A stretch of 64,000 nt of DNA from Candidatus Amesbacteria bacterium GW2011_GWB1_47_19 (GTDB lineage Bacteria; Patescibacteriota; Microgenomatia; CAZETR01; Amesbacteraceae): contig LCNZ01000006.1 in the NCBI GenBank assembly GCA_001002325.1, forward strand, positions 130 to 64,129, in the 5' to 3' direction. Below, piece after piece: positions 18,866 through 29,009 of this stretch (position 1 is its first letter; the number at the start of each line of letters is the position of its first letter). Both the position numbers and the translations under genes were made by a program. The notes below the pieces were generated by a model that saw only the letters and a list, made by a program, of their open reading frames with translations, was not told the origin of the DNA and ran no database searches.

Positions 18866-20370
18866 TTCCGCGGAAGAACTTCAAAAAACAGCAGATATTC
18901 CCGGTTGCCGTCGGGAGCGGCAGCCTTGGGGTAACTATAAATCAGCCTGAGTCCGAGTTTGTCGGGATCGGCGTGGAAGCGAGAAGAATTGACCACCAAA
19001 AACACCCGATTATCAACGAGTGCGGAAATTAATTTATCGTGCACAGAGTCGATCCAGACGCCAACTCCGACAATGCGGACGTTGGAAGCACCTTCGGTGT
19101 ACAGTTTCAATGCATCAAAGGGAGTACCGAAAAAGCCTTCCGAACCAACCAGAACCGGGCCCAGGGAGGCTTCGGCGCGCAAATATTCACCGATCTCTTT
19201 CAAGCCAAACCCCGCAGTCCATTCCTCCAAATATCCGGCCCGTTCTATCCGGGGAAGCGGGGCGGCTAAAGGAGAGAAAAGCAACTGATAATCAATAAAC
19301 AGCGAGGGCAGGATAATCAGAGCGGACCCGGCGTAGACCAGCAGATGTTTTTTGGTCCGTTCGCCGAGATGTTCCAGGGCATGGGTGATCAGAATCACGC
19401 CAAAAGGAACGGAAAACAAAAGATAACGGGCAGTAAAAGTAACAGCAACGAAACTCTGGACGATAACCGGTAACAACCACCAGGCAGACAAAACCAGTCT
19501 TTGCCGCCAGTGGGTAAACTTTTCAGCCAGCATGCCCCAGACTGCGAAAATCAGGCCGAAAGGAGTAGCCAGATACAGGTAAAATTGGAATGAGTCCCGG
19601 AGGTGTGGTACTAAAGGATCGAGAGGATGGCGCAATATTTCTGAAAGCGGATAAACATAATCCCGGTTCCGGATAGCGATCATATGAAATTCGGGTCCCA
19701 GACGGAGAATGTTATACATAGCAAAGGCGATAGCGAAAGCCGCAAGCCATAATCCACAAGCCACAAGAATGTTTTTTGGTTTGGGTTTGGGAAGAAACAG
19801 GACCAGGGACGGAGTCAAAGCGATCGCAAAAACCGCCGGTGATTTGGTCAACCAGGCAAATCCCAGACAAAAACCCCCTAACATGGCCATATCCAGACGT
19901 AAATACCTGGTGGCCAAATACATAAAATTAAACGCCCAAACGATAAACAACACCAGTAAGCTGTCACTTAAAGCCAGACGGTCAAAAAATACGGTATACG
20001 GGAGTACCGCCCACAATAATCCGGACATTACAGCCTGACGGGGCCGGTTAAATAATAAAAATGCCGCCAAGGCTACTCCCAGGGCAGAGCCGATTCCCGC
20101 CAGACCTGAAAAAAACCGGCCGGCCGCCAGCGGATCGGAGATTATTTTTAGAAAGGGAATCATTCCCCACATGTACAGAGGCTGCTTGCCGTCTGATAAG
20201 GGCAGGAAGCGCAGGGTGGCTTCGGATCGCATGACCTGAGCCCAACGGACATATATGGCTTCGTCGGCAAATACCGGAAATGAATTAATCCGCACAGTCC
20301 GCAGAATTCCGGCCAAACCCAGAACCAGCAACAGGACAACCGGCCAACGGCTTTTAATAACGGTAAACAT
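18862..20370 (-). CDS. PMT_2/ArnT-like GT-C glycosyltransferase
   Basis: FADEAIYVRWAQ, DGKQPLYMW, FFDRLALSD and WLTK motifs. Confidence 0.8.
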   Translation of the reverse strand: MFTVIKSRWPVVLLLVLGLAGILRTVRINSFPVFADEAIYVRWAQVMRSEATLRFLPLSDGKQPLYMWGMIPFLKIISDPLAAGRFFSGLAGIGSALGVALAAFLLFNRPRQAVMSGLLWAVLPYTVFFDRLALSDSLLVLFIVWAFNFMYLATRYLRLDMAMLGGFCLGFAWLTKSPAVFAIALTPSLVLFLPKPKPKNILVACGLWLAAFAIAFAMYNILRLGPEFHMIAIRNRDYVYPLSEILRHPLDPLVPHLRDSFQFYLYLATPFGLIFAVWGMLAEKFTHWRQRLVLSAWWLLPVIVQSFVAVTFTARYLLFSVPFGVILITHALEHLGERTKKHLLVYAGSALIILPSLFIDYQLLFSPLAAPLPRIERAGYLEEWTAGFGLKEIGEYLRAEASLGPVLVGSEGFFGTPFDALKLYTEGASNVRIVGVGVWIDSVHDKLISALVDNRVFLVVNSSRFHADPDKLGLRLIYSYPKAAAPDGNREYLLFFEVLPRK

Positions 20371-21121
20371 GGGTCAGTGAACGATAACGAATTAACAGTA
20401 ATTCTTTCAGACCCGAAACTGCATCATGAAAGAAGCGGACCCTTTTGGTTTCCTGATGTGTCCAGAGAACAGGGACTTCGGCAATTTTAAAACCCATTTT
20501 CCGGGCCAGATACAATATCTCCACATCGAATCCCGGGTTGACAGCCGGGCCGGAAATCGGCCGGGCAGGATGGACCAGGCTGAAGGCGGTGAAGATTTTC
20601 CGGCCTGCCTGAGAGGTAAAAGCTTTGAAGCCGCATTGAGTGTCCCTGACCGGCAAACGCAGAATCAAAGTCCTGACAATAATCATGCCGTAGGCGAGAA
20701 TCTGACGGAACACAGGGGCTCCCGGTCTGCCGCTTCTGGAACCGACCGCTAAATCAAAACCCCGGGTAAAAGCTTCCCGGAATTTGTCGAACTCAGTAAT
20801 CGGGGTAGCCTGATCCGTATCGGTGAACAGGATAATTTGTCCCGCAGAAGCAAAAACCCCGGCCATAACCGAGGCGGCTTTACCCTGATGAGGATTATCC
20901 AGTACCCGGGTATGAGGGTGGGTTGCTGAAAAATTCTGCAACAAGGACAGAGTACCATCCGTCGAACCGTCATTAACTAAAATAATTTCCCAGGAGAAGG
21001 GTTGCGAGGCCAGGTATGAATGAACACGGTTCAGTGAACCCCTACGAAAATTGGGAACTTCGTTATATATCGGAATAATGACTGAGAGGTAGGGTTCTTT
21101 GTCCATAGCTGCTGAAAACAT
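20354..21121 (-). CDS. polyprenyl-phosphate glycosyltransferase (Dol-P-Glc synthase-like GT2)
   Basis: SVIIPIYNE, NDGSTD, FTDTDQ, DTQCGFKAF and GFDVEIL motifs. Start may be 21106. Confidence 0.88.
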   Translation of the reverse strand: MFSAAMDKEPYLSVIIPIYNEVPNFRRGSLNRVHSYLASQPFSWEIILVNDGSTDGTLSLLQNFSATHPHTRVLDNPHQGKAASVMAGVFASAGQIILFTDTDQATPITEFDKFREAFTRGFDLAVGSRSGRPGAPVFRQILAYGMIIVRTLILRLPVRDTQCGFKAFTSQAGRKIFTAFSLVHPARPISGPAVNPGFDVEILYLARKMGFKIAEVPVLWTHQETKRVRFFHDAVSGLKELLLIRYRSLTHVYRY

Positions 21122-21143
21122 TTTACTTCATAAATAGTCAGAT

Positions 21144-22607
21144 TCACTTGGTGAAGCCAAACATGGGATCGGTTAAATTGGCATTGGCTCCGGAACAGCT
21201 TTGCCGGATGCTGTCAGGTGAATATTTGGCATAATCCGGCAAAATTAAACCCAGAGCGCCGAAAGTCCAATCCAAACGGTCGGCCCGGGTGTGGGGAAAA
21301 ACGACAGTATAAACCGGGCTTTGGCTTTTGGGCTGATTAACATGAAGCCGTGCCCGCCAAAAAAGGTAACGATAGCCGAGTTCATAACCGGGGTTGGTCA
21401 TATAGGATACGGAAACGCAGGGATAATCATGAGCCCGGGCGTCTGCTGAAATGGCATTAACCACGGCTGTCCGCTCCAAATAACCACTGCGGTTGATAGG
21501 GGATGTGAGAAATAATCCCAAATGATAGGCGACAAAACCGGCCAATGCGGCAGTGACCAAAATCCGGCCGGCGGGCCGGCGGTAAATATAAGTCAAAAAC
21601 AAAACGGCTGCAGCCAGCCAAAGAATATTCAAGCCGTTGAGATAATATTCGGATAAGTTGATGGGGTGGGCGGCGAAAAACAGCAGGAAGAGGATTATCC
21701 ACAGAGCATAAAGAAGCAGAGTATACCGGGGCAAAGTTTTTTTAAGTGATAGAAAAACCATTACCAACAGGCACAATGCGGGAATAATATAAACAGGCAG
21801 GATCGGCGGGCGGAACGGAACAAATAACCCCGTGCTGTTGCGGGAGGCATAGAGAATCACGTGGGATATTTTTTGCCACAGACTGCCGGACTTGGTACCG
21901 ATTGACGCCAAACTGGTAAGCAGGGCGGTAGTCTGTTGGAAATTGTGCCGGAGTTCAAAAATCAGCAGCGGGACGGAGAGAGAAATAAACACCGCTAAAG
22001 GCACCAAAAAATCCCGGGGTCGGTAAAGGCTGCGGTTTAGCCAGACCGCGACAAAAACCAGAGGAATAAGCAGAACTAATGCCAAATGCAGGTGCCAGAC
22101 GAGAGAAAATAAAACCGCCAATATCAGAAGTGATGATTTGTGACCGGAAAAAAGCCTGTTTAAAGCATAGAAAAACCAGACGGACCAGAGGAAAACGGGG
22201 GTGGTTGGTACCACTTCCCTCTCACCGGAGGAGATGGAAAAGGATACGGCATAAATCAGCGAAGCCAAACTTCCTGCCGGACGGGAATAGAGGCGGTTAA
22301 AAACCCAGTATATACTGGTAATGGCAGCCAATCCGACAATCAGAGAAAATCCCAAGGAGCCCACAGGATCCATCCCCGCTGCGAGGTAAAACGGAATGAG
22401 AATGTAGTAAAACAACGGTCCGATAAATATTCCCGGTGAGGAAGTCAGCTGGCCGATGAGCCGGGGATGCCTGTCGACAACTATATCTTTGACAATCCAC
22501 GAAGCCAGATCGTTGTCATGCCCGTACATGAACCGTTCCCGCAGCTGGTAGCCCCGGGTCACCATACCCAGCAGCAGGGCAATGATTAGCAGTGCAGAGA
22601 ATTTCAT
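21144..22607 (-). CDS. PMT_2-like GT-C membrane glycosyltransferase
   Basis: LIG..GIFIGPLFYY and PLLIFELRHNF motifs shared with the two neighbouring paralogues. Confidence 0.75.
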   Translation of the reverse strand: MKFSALLIIALLLGMVTRGYQLRERFMYGHDNDLASWIVKDIVVDRHPRLIGQLTSSPGIFIGPLFYYILIPFYLAAGMDPVGSLGFSLIVGLAAITSIYWVFNRLYSRPAGSLASLIYAVSFSISSGEREVVPTTPVFLWSVWFFYALNRLFSGHKSSLLILAVLFSLVWHLHLALVLLIPLVFVAVWLNRSLYRPRDFLVPLAVFISLSVPLLIFELRHNFQQTTALLTSLASIGTKSGSLWQKISHVILYASRNSTGLFVPFRPPILPVYIIPALCLLVMVFLSLKKTLPRYTLLLYALWIILFLLFFAAHPINLSEYYLNGLNILWLAAAVLFLTYIYRRPAGRILVTAALAGFVAYHLGLFLTSPINRSGYLERTAVVNAISADARAHDYPCVSVSYMTNPGYELGYRYLFWRARLHVNQPKSQSPVYTVVFPHTRADRLDWTFGALGLILPDYAKYSPDSIRQSCSGANANLTDPMFGFTK

Positions 22608-22612
22608 GTCAG

Positions 22613-24064
22613 TTACATGCGGTTACGCCGCTGGACGGTAATGGTGTTAAAAACCCTGGTGTCAAGGACCGAACCGATGGCCGCCTGGCGGCGGAGCCAG
22701 GCGGAAAGGAACTGAGGATGCTGGTCATCGGGTTCATATAAAGTGTACAGCCTGGAAGTAAGCGACGACAGGGGAAGACTCGAATATTTTACCGTTCCCT
22801 GCCAGAGGAACAGATAGTCGTAGGCGTAGGGCACTACCGGAGGCACATAAACGTCGATGTTGAAATCGTTGCCCCCGGAATCGGAATATACCCAATCAAC
22901 AGCCGCCAATTCGGAAGAGTAATTCACCCAATCCGGACCGCGGCCGGTGAGATAAATTCCCAGCCGGGATAAATTATGCATCAGAAAAACGGCCATAAAT
23001 AATCCCGCGATGATCCGGGGTGCGTTTCCTGCTGTCCAAGCCCGGGCAAGGATGCAGGCGATAATCACGGCCATAACGGGGTAGATGCCGGTGAAATAAT
23101 AATCCCAGATATATCCGTGATTGCCGTGATAGAAAAGCAGTATTACCAGCGGAACCAGGCACCAGATCAACAGACTGATGAAGGGTACCCGGAATAATCG
23201 CCGGCCGGCGGTTAAGGCCAGCAGAAGAACCACACCAGCCGCGATCACCGCAATAATTGTATTTGTGAAAAACCGATCGGAGAATGCATGAAAGTAGAAC
23301 AATAATCTTTCGTAAATAAACCGGGTAATCCGGGGCTGGAAACTTTGTTCGGCGACCAAGAAACGTTGAAATGACTGCACTAACAGGTGCTGGTGACGCA
23401 GATCAAATATAACCTGGGGAGCGAGGGTCAATCCGAACAAAGCCAAACCGAAAAGAGTAGGCCTGATATGTTTCCAGATGAGAATTAGCAAAATAGCCGG
23501 GAGAAAGAAGATGGCTGAAGCTGCTTCCAACTGCAGGGATAACCCGGCACACAAACCTAAAACCCACCACCAACGGGGTTGGTTATGGATAACTTTCAGC
23601 AAGGCTAAAACCGTCAAAGCAGCAAATAGAGGTAGCGGGGTGGGATTTGAAAGCCAGCGATGGGATAATGCCAAACGGTAGGAAAATGCCAGAAACAGAA
23701 CGGAAATAATGGCCGTGGTCCGGGAAAAAAATGTATTGGCCAGATAATATGTAACACCGATGCCAGCGATATTCAGAACCGCCAGCCAGACGGCGGGAAA
23801 TACGGGGTTTCCCCCACCTAACAAATAAGCGGGAGCAATCAAATAATAATAAAAAGGGCCAAGGAATATGCCTTCGATGCCGGTGGTCGGTCCGATTAAA
23901 AAAAGTTTGCCTTTGTGCCAAAGATTCCAGACGACCAAGGCATCCCGTCCCTGGTCATACCAAAATCCCAGAAAATCGGGGGTGCGGTATACGCGAAGAG
24001 CCAATGCAGCTCCCAAGATAAAAAATATTCCGTAACGCCGGATAAGGCCGGAAAAAATTGTCAT
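22613..24064 (-). CDS. PMT_2-like GT-C membrane glycosyltransferase
   Basis: YDQGRD, LIGPTT..FLGPFYYY, RWLSNP and IFDLRH motifs. Confidence 0.78.
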   Translation of the reverse strand: MTIFSGLIRRYGIFFILGAALALRVYRTPDFLGFWYDQGRDALVVWNLWHKGKLFLIGPTTGIEGIFLGPFYYYLIAPAYLLGGGNPVFPAVWLAVLNIAGIGVTYYLANTFFSRTTAIISVLFLAFSYRLALSHRWLSNPTPLPLFAALTVLALLKVIHNQPRWWWVLGLCAGLSLQLEAASAIFFLPAILLILIWKHIRPTLFGLALFGLTLAPQVIFDLRHQHLLVQSFQRFLVAEQSFQPRITRFIYERLLFYFHAFSDRFFTNTIIAVIAAGVVLLLALTAGRRLFRVPFISLLIWCLVPLVILLFYHGNHGYIWDYYFTGIYPVMAVIIACILARAWTAGNAPRIIAGLFMAVFLMHNLSRLGIYLTGRGPDWVNYSSELAAVDWVYSDSGGNDFNIDVYVPPVVPYAYDYLFLWQGTVKYSSLPLSSLTSRLYTLYEPDDQHPQFLSAWLRRQAAIGSVLDTRVFNTITVQRRNRM

Positions 24065-26265
24065 TAGCCTGTCGGGTTATGAATCAATCTGAAAAGCCTG
24101 ACCCCCCAGGGAAAGTCCCACTCTTTGTCAATTTTAGCCCAACCGAATGCCGCGATTTCCCACAAGGGGTGATTGATGGGATTGCAGCCGTCAGGCGGCA
24201 ACCCCGCCGGTTCACAGATGACGAATAGCTGGTCTGAGAGGTGGTCGTGAATGGTGAAAAAGGGGGCCCGGTTTAAAAGCAGAAAATATCGGTATGAGGC
24301 GTCATAATTGCTTTTGGCTATCAATGCCAGATTAAACGGCCGGGAACCGGACTGAACGGCTATAAAATCCGATATGGATGCGGTTCGCTCCAGCTGGCGG
24401 TTGGGGGAAGAACGCAGCGGGCTGTAAACGAGATTGAAAGCCAGTAACAACAAAAGCAGCAGGATGACGGGGAAACGAGTGAGACGGTGGTGCATCAGGA
24501 ATCTGACCGCAAATCCCAGCAGTAAAAACGGAGCCGGAAATAAAAATCCGTAATAATGCGGATAAACGTGCTGTTTGTACAGGCCCAACCCGACTATTCC
24601 TGTTACCAGCCAGACCAGGCAGAAAACCAGATCGGGAGAAACTTTCTTTAGCCTAAGTCCAAGTCCTAGTTCAAGAGCTGTAAGAGTGGTAACAGCCAGT
24701 GCCACCCAGCGCCCTAACAGAGGGTTGCTGGCAGTCAGCAGAGTAGCGTTAACATCCTCCCAAAGGGGCCAGATATGGGGCAGGGCTTTGTAGGCTTTGA
24801 GGTTAACGGTTGTTTGCCGGTCGCTAAAAAATTTATACAGGGCGGAAAAGTTCGACCAGCCATGGCGGAGATCAAACAAAATCAGAGGAGATAATAATAT
24901 AACCAATATTACGATTGCGTAGTTGAGATATTTACCGGAATTTAAATTTTTCCGGGAAAGGGATATGAAAATTACCATGGGAAACAACAGCAGCAGACCC
25001 AGGTAATGGGAGTTGAGAACGAAAGCAAAGGAAATTGCGGATATCAGCAACCAGCGCCAATACCCCAGACGCCAGACTTTCCAGATGCCGTACATCGTAA
25101 GCAGGGCAAAGAAGGGCATTATGTTGGGGTTCCAAGAAGACCGGGAGTAAACAATTACCGTGGGGGACAGGGTATACAACGCCGATATAAAAAGCGCTGG
25201 TCTGCGGCCGAACCATTGCCGCCCGATCCACCACATTAAAGTTATTGCAGCCAAACCGGTGAGCCCGACAAATACAGCCGGTCCGACGGGAGAAAACCGG
25301 AAGAATGCCAGCCAGGGGGATACCAGGTAATAATAGAGAGGTCCCAGGTACATATTGCCGATGGAAGTCCCGGGTCCGATAAGCGGGAAGTGGCGGCCGG
25401 TGACAATCGCATGCATAACCAGAGCATCCCGGCCTTCATCCCCCAGAAAAGTCAGATATTGGCTGATGTGCCAAAAGCGGGAGATGGCTGCGCCCCCCAA
25501 TATGACAGCCAGGGTTAGTATTTCCCAACGAAAAACCGTACGGCCCTGTTCCACAAAAATTTCCCGGCGGAATTGCCACCAGAAGGTAAATAATTCCCGA
25601 AAGGCTTTGATAATTACCCGGGGGTCTGCCCCGGTGGAATGGCCGGCGGTGCGCAACAAGTGCGTGAGGGGAACCTCGACTACCGTGAATCCCCGGGTTC
25701 TGGCCTGGGCGAACAACTCGGTATCAATTAATGCCCCGTCAGAGTGAAGCTGGATCCGGGACAGAATTTCCCGGCGAAAAAGTTTGAATCCACAGTCGAT
25801 GTCCGTAGCCAGATATCCAAAAAGCGCCCTGACAGCTGTATTCCAACCCCAGCGGTTGAAACGCCGGACGTGTGATTCCCGGGTTTGTTGACGGATACCA
25901 CTGACGATATCGGCGCCGGTGGCCTGCTGTTTGGCAATTAATAGTCTAACCTGGGAAAAATCGAACTGGTTGTCTGCCGGGACAAACACAATAAAATCCT
26001 GTGTGGCAGCGGAGAAACCGGTTTTTAGCGCCCCACCGTATCCCTTGTTGGGAGAATTGGTAACTATACGTAGACGGGGGATTTTTTTTTGGAAACCTGC
26101 AGCAATGGCTCCGGTACGGTCACGGGAACCATCATTGACAACAATAATCTCCCAGTCCGAAAGCCGAAGCTGCCTGATGACAGTATGAACCGCAGTTAAA
26201 CAAGCGGCAATATTTTTCTCCTCGTTGTAAGCCGGAATTACCACGCTCAAACCGGGACTTTTCAT
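24064..26265 (-). CDS. fusion: polyprenyl-P-sugar synthase-like GT2 + PMT_2-like GT-C
   Basis: N-terminal ~230 aa GT2 (VIPAYNEE, NDGSRD, ADNQF, DIDCGFKLF). C-terminal GT-C (GDEGRD, LIGPGTS..LGPLYYY, SRSSWNPN). Confidence 0.85.
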   Translation of the reverse strand: MKSPGLSVVIPAYNEEKNIAACLTAVHTVIRQLRLSDWEIIVVNDGSRDRTGAIAAGFQKKIPRLRIVTNSPNKGYGGALKTGFSAATQDFIVFVPADNQFDFSQVRLLIAKQQATGADIVSGIRQQTRESHVRRFNRWGWNTAVRALFGYLATDIDCGFKLFRREILSRIQLHSDGALIDTELFAQARTRGFTVVEVPLTHLLRTAGHSTGADPRVIIKAFRELFTFWWQFRREIFVEQGRTVFRWEILTLAVILGGAAISRFWHISQYLTFLGDEGRDALVMHAIVTGRHFPLIGPGTSIGNMYLGPLYYYLVSPWLAFFRFSPVGPAVFVGLTGLAAITLMWWIGRQWFGRRPALFISALYTLSPTVIVYSRSSWNPNIMPFFALLTMYGIWKVWRLGYWRWLLISAISFAFVLNSHYLGLLLLFPMVIFISLSRKNLNSGKYLNYAIVILVILLSPLILFDLRHGWSNFSALYKFFSDRQTTVNLKAYKALPHIWPLWEDVNATLLTASNPLLGRWVALAVTTLTALELGLGLRLKKVSPDLVFCLVWLVTGIVGLGLYKQHVYPHYYGFLFPAPFLLLGFAVRFLMHHRLTRFPVILLLLLLLAFNLVYSPLRSSPNRQLERTASISDFIAVQSGSRPFNLALIAKSNYDASYRYFLLLNRAPFFTIHDHLSDQLFVICEPAGLPPDGCNPINHPLWEIAAFGWAKIDKEWDFPWGVRLFRLIHNPTG

Positions 26266-26303
26266 GCCGTCTAATCATACCAGTATGCTAATATGATTGG
26301 TAG

Positions 26304-27383
26304 ATGACCGGGAATCTGAAACAGGTGTTGATTGTGGCGGTAGTGGCTTGTTTTTCGGTCTTCGGAGTATGGTGGGCAACGGGGATGGAAAAGATTTATG
26401 AAAATTTTGACGGACCGTATTATTTGGCAGTGGCTAAAAGCTGGTACAAACAGGATGTACTGCGGACTAATTTTTCTTTTCCCACGCCGCTGGAATACTA
26501 CCCGGCTCATTTTCCGGGATATCCGTTGCTGATAAACCTGGCGGCCTTAACGGGAATAAACCGGCCTCAGGCTATGCTGGCGGTGAACCTGGCAGCAGGA
26601 GTAACGGGAGCAATTTTTATGTTTGCGGCAGCCCAGCAGGCGGGAATGTCCAAACCGTGGGTGGCAGCTCTGGTGTGGCTGTTTTTTTGGCCAAGAATGT
26701 GGGCGGTGAGATCCGTGGGCAGCCCGGAGACATTATTTATAGCCGGAATTATCAGTTCCGTGTACTTCTTTAACCGGAAAATGTACTGGTGGTCGGCATT
26801 GGGGGCAATTGTGGCTGTGGTTACAAAAAGCCCGGGGATATTGTTAATTTTGGCGTATGGCTTGTGGGCAACAGAAGATTATCTGAAAAATAAAAGGTGG
26901 GAAAAGCGGATGTATCCGGTGTTTCTGGCGGGGTTGGCATTGGCAGGTGTGTTCTGTTTTTATAAATTGCAGACGGGAGACTTCTGGGCGTATTTCCATT
27001 CCGGGGATAACATCCATCTGCAGATACTGCCGTTTAAAGTCTTTGACAGCAATCAACCCTGGGTCGGAAATTTCTGGCTGGAGGATGTGCTGTGGATATA
27101 TCTGGCAGGAGCCTGGGGGGTACTGGCAGTATTCCGGTATAACCGGGTCTGGGGATGGTGGGGGTTGGTATTTTATATCAGTCTGTTGTTTGTTTCGCAT
27201 CGGGACATCAGCCGATATAGCCTGCCTCTGATTCCGGTAGTTTTAATCGGAGTCCATAAATGGCTGGAGAAAAAGGAGACTGTGTATATACTGGCGGGAT
27301 TATTGCTACCGGCGTTTTTGTATACCCTGAATTTTGTAAACCATAATTTCCTGCCGATTGCCAACTGGGCGCCTTTTCTTTAG
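26304..27383 (+). CDS. GT-C membrane protein (PIG-V/mannosyltransferase-like)
   Basis: FDGPYY..A, AHFPGYPLL, SPETLF, KSPG and SRY motifs. Confidence 0.7.
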   Translation: MTGNLKQVLIVAVVACFSVFGVWWATGMEKIYENFDGPYYLAVAKSWYKQDVLRTNFSFPTPLEYYPAHFPGYPLLINLAALTGINRPQAMLAVNLAAGVTGAIFMFAAAQQAGMSKPWVAALVWLFFWPRMWAVRSVGSPETLFIAGIISSVYFFNRKMYWWSALGAIVAVVTKSPGILLILAYGLWATEDYLKNKRWEKRMYPVFLAGLALAGVFCFYKLQTGDFWAYFHSGDNIHLQILPFKVFDSNQPWVGNFWLEDVLWIYLAGAWGVLAVFRYNRVWGWWGLVFYISLLFVSHRDISRYSLPLIPVVLIGVHKWLEKKETVYILAGLLLPAFLYTLNFVNHNFLPIANWAPFL

Positions 27384-28510
27384 TCTTTCGTTTTCCAGAT
27401 GATTTTGTTGTAAATAATGTAGTTGGTAATTAAAACCAGAATTAAAGCGCCGAAGAAGAAAAACTGAATGACGAACGGGCTGCCTTGGGCGACATCTTCA
27501 CCGATTTTTAACACCGTGTACTGAATGCCCAGTGCAATGAAGGACGTTAAATTAAACTGGAGAAATTTGAAAATAATTTTGGATCCGGCAATCCGGTACT
27601 CTCTGAAGGTCCATAGATTGTTGAGGGAAAAGTTGCTGATGATGGCCATCTCACCCCCGATTACCGTGGCTATGGAGGGAGTGAGTAAATGCATAAAGAC
27701 TGATGTGACTTCGAAGAACGCAGTTTGAATGACTAAACCGGTACCACCGACAATTACGAATTTTATGAAGCGCATAATTTTGGGGTTTTGCATCTGCAGA
27801 CGGAAGATAACTCTCAGCGTCTCCTGCATTTCGTTTTTGATGATTTTTGATTCACCTGAAGTACGGTGGGCGAACAGGAAAGGGACTTCTTTTACTTTGG
27901 CGCCTTTCTGAACCATATAAAAAAGCAAATGAATCTTGTAAGCGAAACTTTTTGATAACAGTTTGGAAAAGTCGAATCCGTCCATGAATCCTTTTACCCT
28001 GGCCAGTTTGAAACCTCCTGTGACATCATGAATCTGCGGCAGGATCAGAAATACCCGGGCTACAATATTTCCGACAACGCTTAAAAACTTGCGTTTAAAA
28101 CTCCAGGCCACGGGAATCGAACCGCCGGGGATGTAACGGGAACCGATGATGTAGTCATAACCGTGATTAATTTCGGCAATCAGCCGGGGTATATCCTGTG
28201 GCGGGTGCTGGAAATCACTGTCGAATTCCATCAGATAATCCGCATCCAGCTTTTCCATAGCGTAACGCATACCTTTGGCGTACGCCATGCCCAAACCCTC
28301 CTTTTTGTTTTCGACCAACAGATGCAGCCAGGAATAAGTTTTTTGCAGAGAACGGATAAGTTCGGCAGTACCATCCGGGCTGTTACCGTCGACATAAAGG
28401 ACTTCGACAATATGGTCGGGAATACCGGGTAGAATTTCAGCCAGGGTCTCGATCATCCGGTCGGTATTTTCCCTCTCGTTGTAGGTGGGGATGATAATAA
28501 TTATTTTCAT
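27380..28510 (-). CDS. polyprenol-P-mannose synthase (DPM1-like) fused to GtrA flippase domain
   Basis: IIPTYNEREN, DGNSPDGT, FDSDFQH, GSRYIPGG and DVTGGF motifs. C-terminal GtrA-like RFIKFVIVGG..NFSLNNLWTF. Confidence 0.9.
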   Translation of the reverse strand: MKIIIIIPTYNERENTDRMIETLAEILPGIPDHIVEVLYVDGNSPDGTAELIRSLQKTYSWLHLLVENKKEGLGMAYAKGMRYAMEKLDADYLMEFDSDFQHPPQDIPRLIAEINHGYDYIIGSRYIPGGSIPVAWSFKRKFLSVVGNIVARVFLILPQIHDVTGGFKLARVKGFMDGFDFSKLLSKSFAYKIHLLFYMVQKGAKVKEVPFLFAHRTSGESKIIKNEMQETLRVIFRLQMQNPKIMRFIKFVIVGGTGLVIQTAFFEVTSVFMHLLTPSIATVIGGEMAIISNFSLNNLWTFREYRIAGSKIIFKFLQFNLTSFIALGIQYTVLKIGEDVAQGSPFVIQFFFFGALILVLITNYIIYNKIIWKTKD

Positions 28511-28541
28511 ATTTATAATCATAATCTTTTAAGTTAAGAAG

Positions 28542-28594
28542 TACCACCCCCTTCCCCCTCCTAATCTAGGAGTGGGAATTAAAGAGGGTGGTAA
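28542..28594. repeat. 53-bp palindromic repeat, copy 1 (contains DUF559 stop codon)
   Basis: TACCACCCCCTTCCCCCTCCTAATCTAGGAGTGGGAATTAAAGAGGGTGGTAA, 50/53 identical to 28948-29000. Confidence 0.9.
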
Positions 28595-28937
28595 TAATTT
28601 TCTTAATCACTTTATTGATATCATTTTCCACTTCCGAATTCCAAAATCTAATTACCTTCATTTTGTAAATATGCAAAGTCCTGGTTCTATATTCATCAAG
28701 ATCTTTTTTCCGCTTATGTATACTCCCATCTAACTCTATTGCCAATTTTTTCTCCGGGCAATAAAAATCTAATATATATGGCCCAAGCCCGTATTGTCTT
28801 CTAAACTTAACCCCCAATTGACTTTTTTGTAACTTTTTCCAGAGCATTTTCTCGACCTCAGTTGAGAAGTTTCTGAGAGACTGTCGTCTCGTCTTAAATC
28901 TGGGATTGTTATAGATAAATCTGGTGTATGAATCCAT
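28566..28937 (-). CDS. DUF559 / Vsr-like PD-(D/E)XK endonuclease
   Basis: RRQSLRN..TEVEKMLWKKL..KFRRQY..GPYILDFYC..LAIELDGSIH..VIRFWN signature. Confidence 0.92.
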   Translation of the reverse strand: MDSYTRFIYNNPRFKTRRQSLRNFSTEVEKMLWKKLQKSQLGVKFRRQYGLGPYILDFYCPEKKLAIELDGSIHKRKKDLDEYRTRTLHIYKMKVIRFWNSEVENDINKVIKKIITTLFNSHS

Positions 28938-28947
28938 TACTATAATT

Positions 28948-29000
28948 TACCACCCCCTTCCCCCTCCTAATCTAGGAGGGGGAGATAAAGAGGGTGGTAA
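28948..29000. repeat. 53-bp palindromic repeat, copy 2
   Basis: TACCACCCCCTTCCCCCTCCTAATCTAGGAGGGGGAGATAAAGAGGGTGGTAA. Inner stem CCCCCTCCTA/TAGGAGGGGG, outer stem TACCACCC/GGGTGGTA. Confidence 0.9.
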
Positions 29001-29009
29001 AATCACGGC

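Noticed and set aside
28542-29000. Possible CRISPR array from the repeated 53-bp palindrome
   Set aside because: Only two copies, separated by an intact ~370-bp gene. No spacer-sized intervals and no cas genes.
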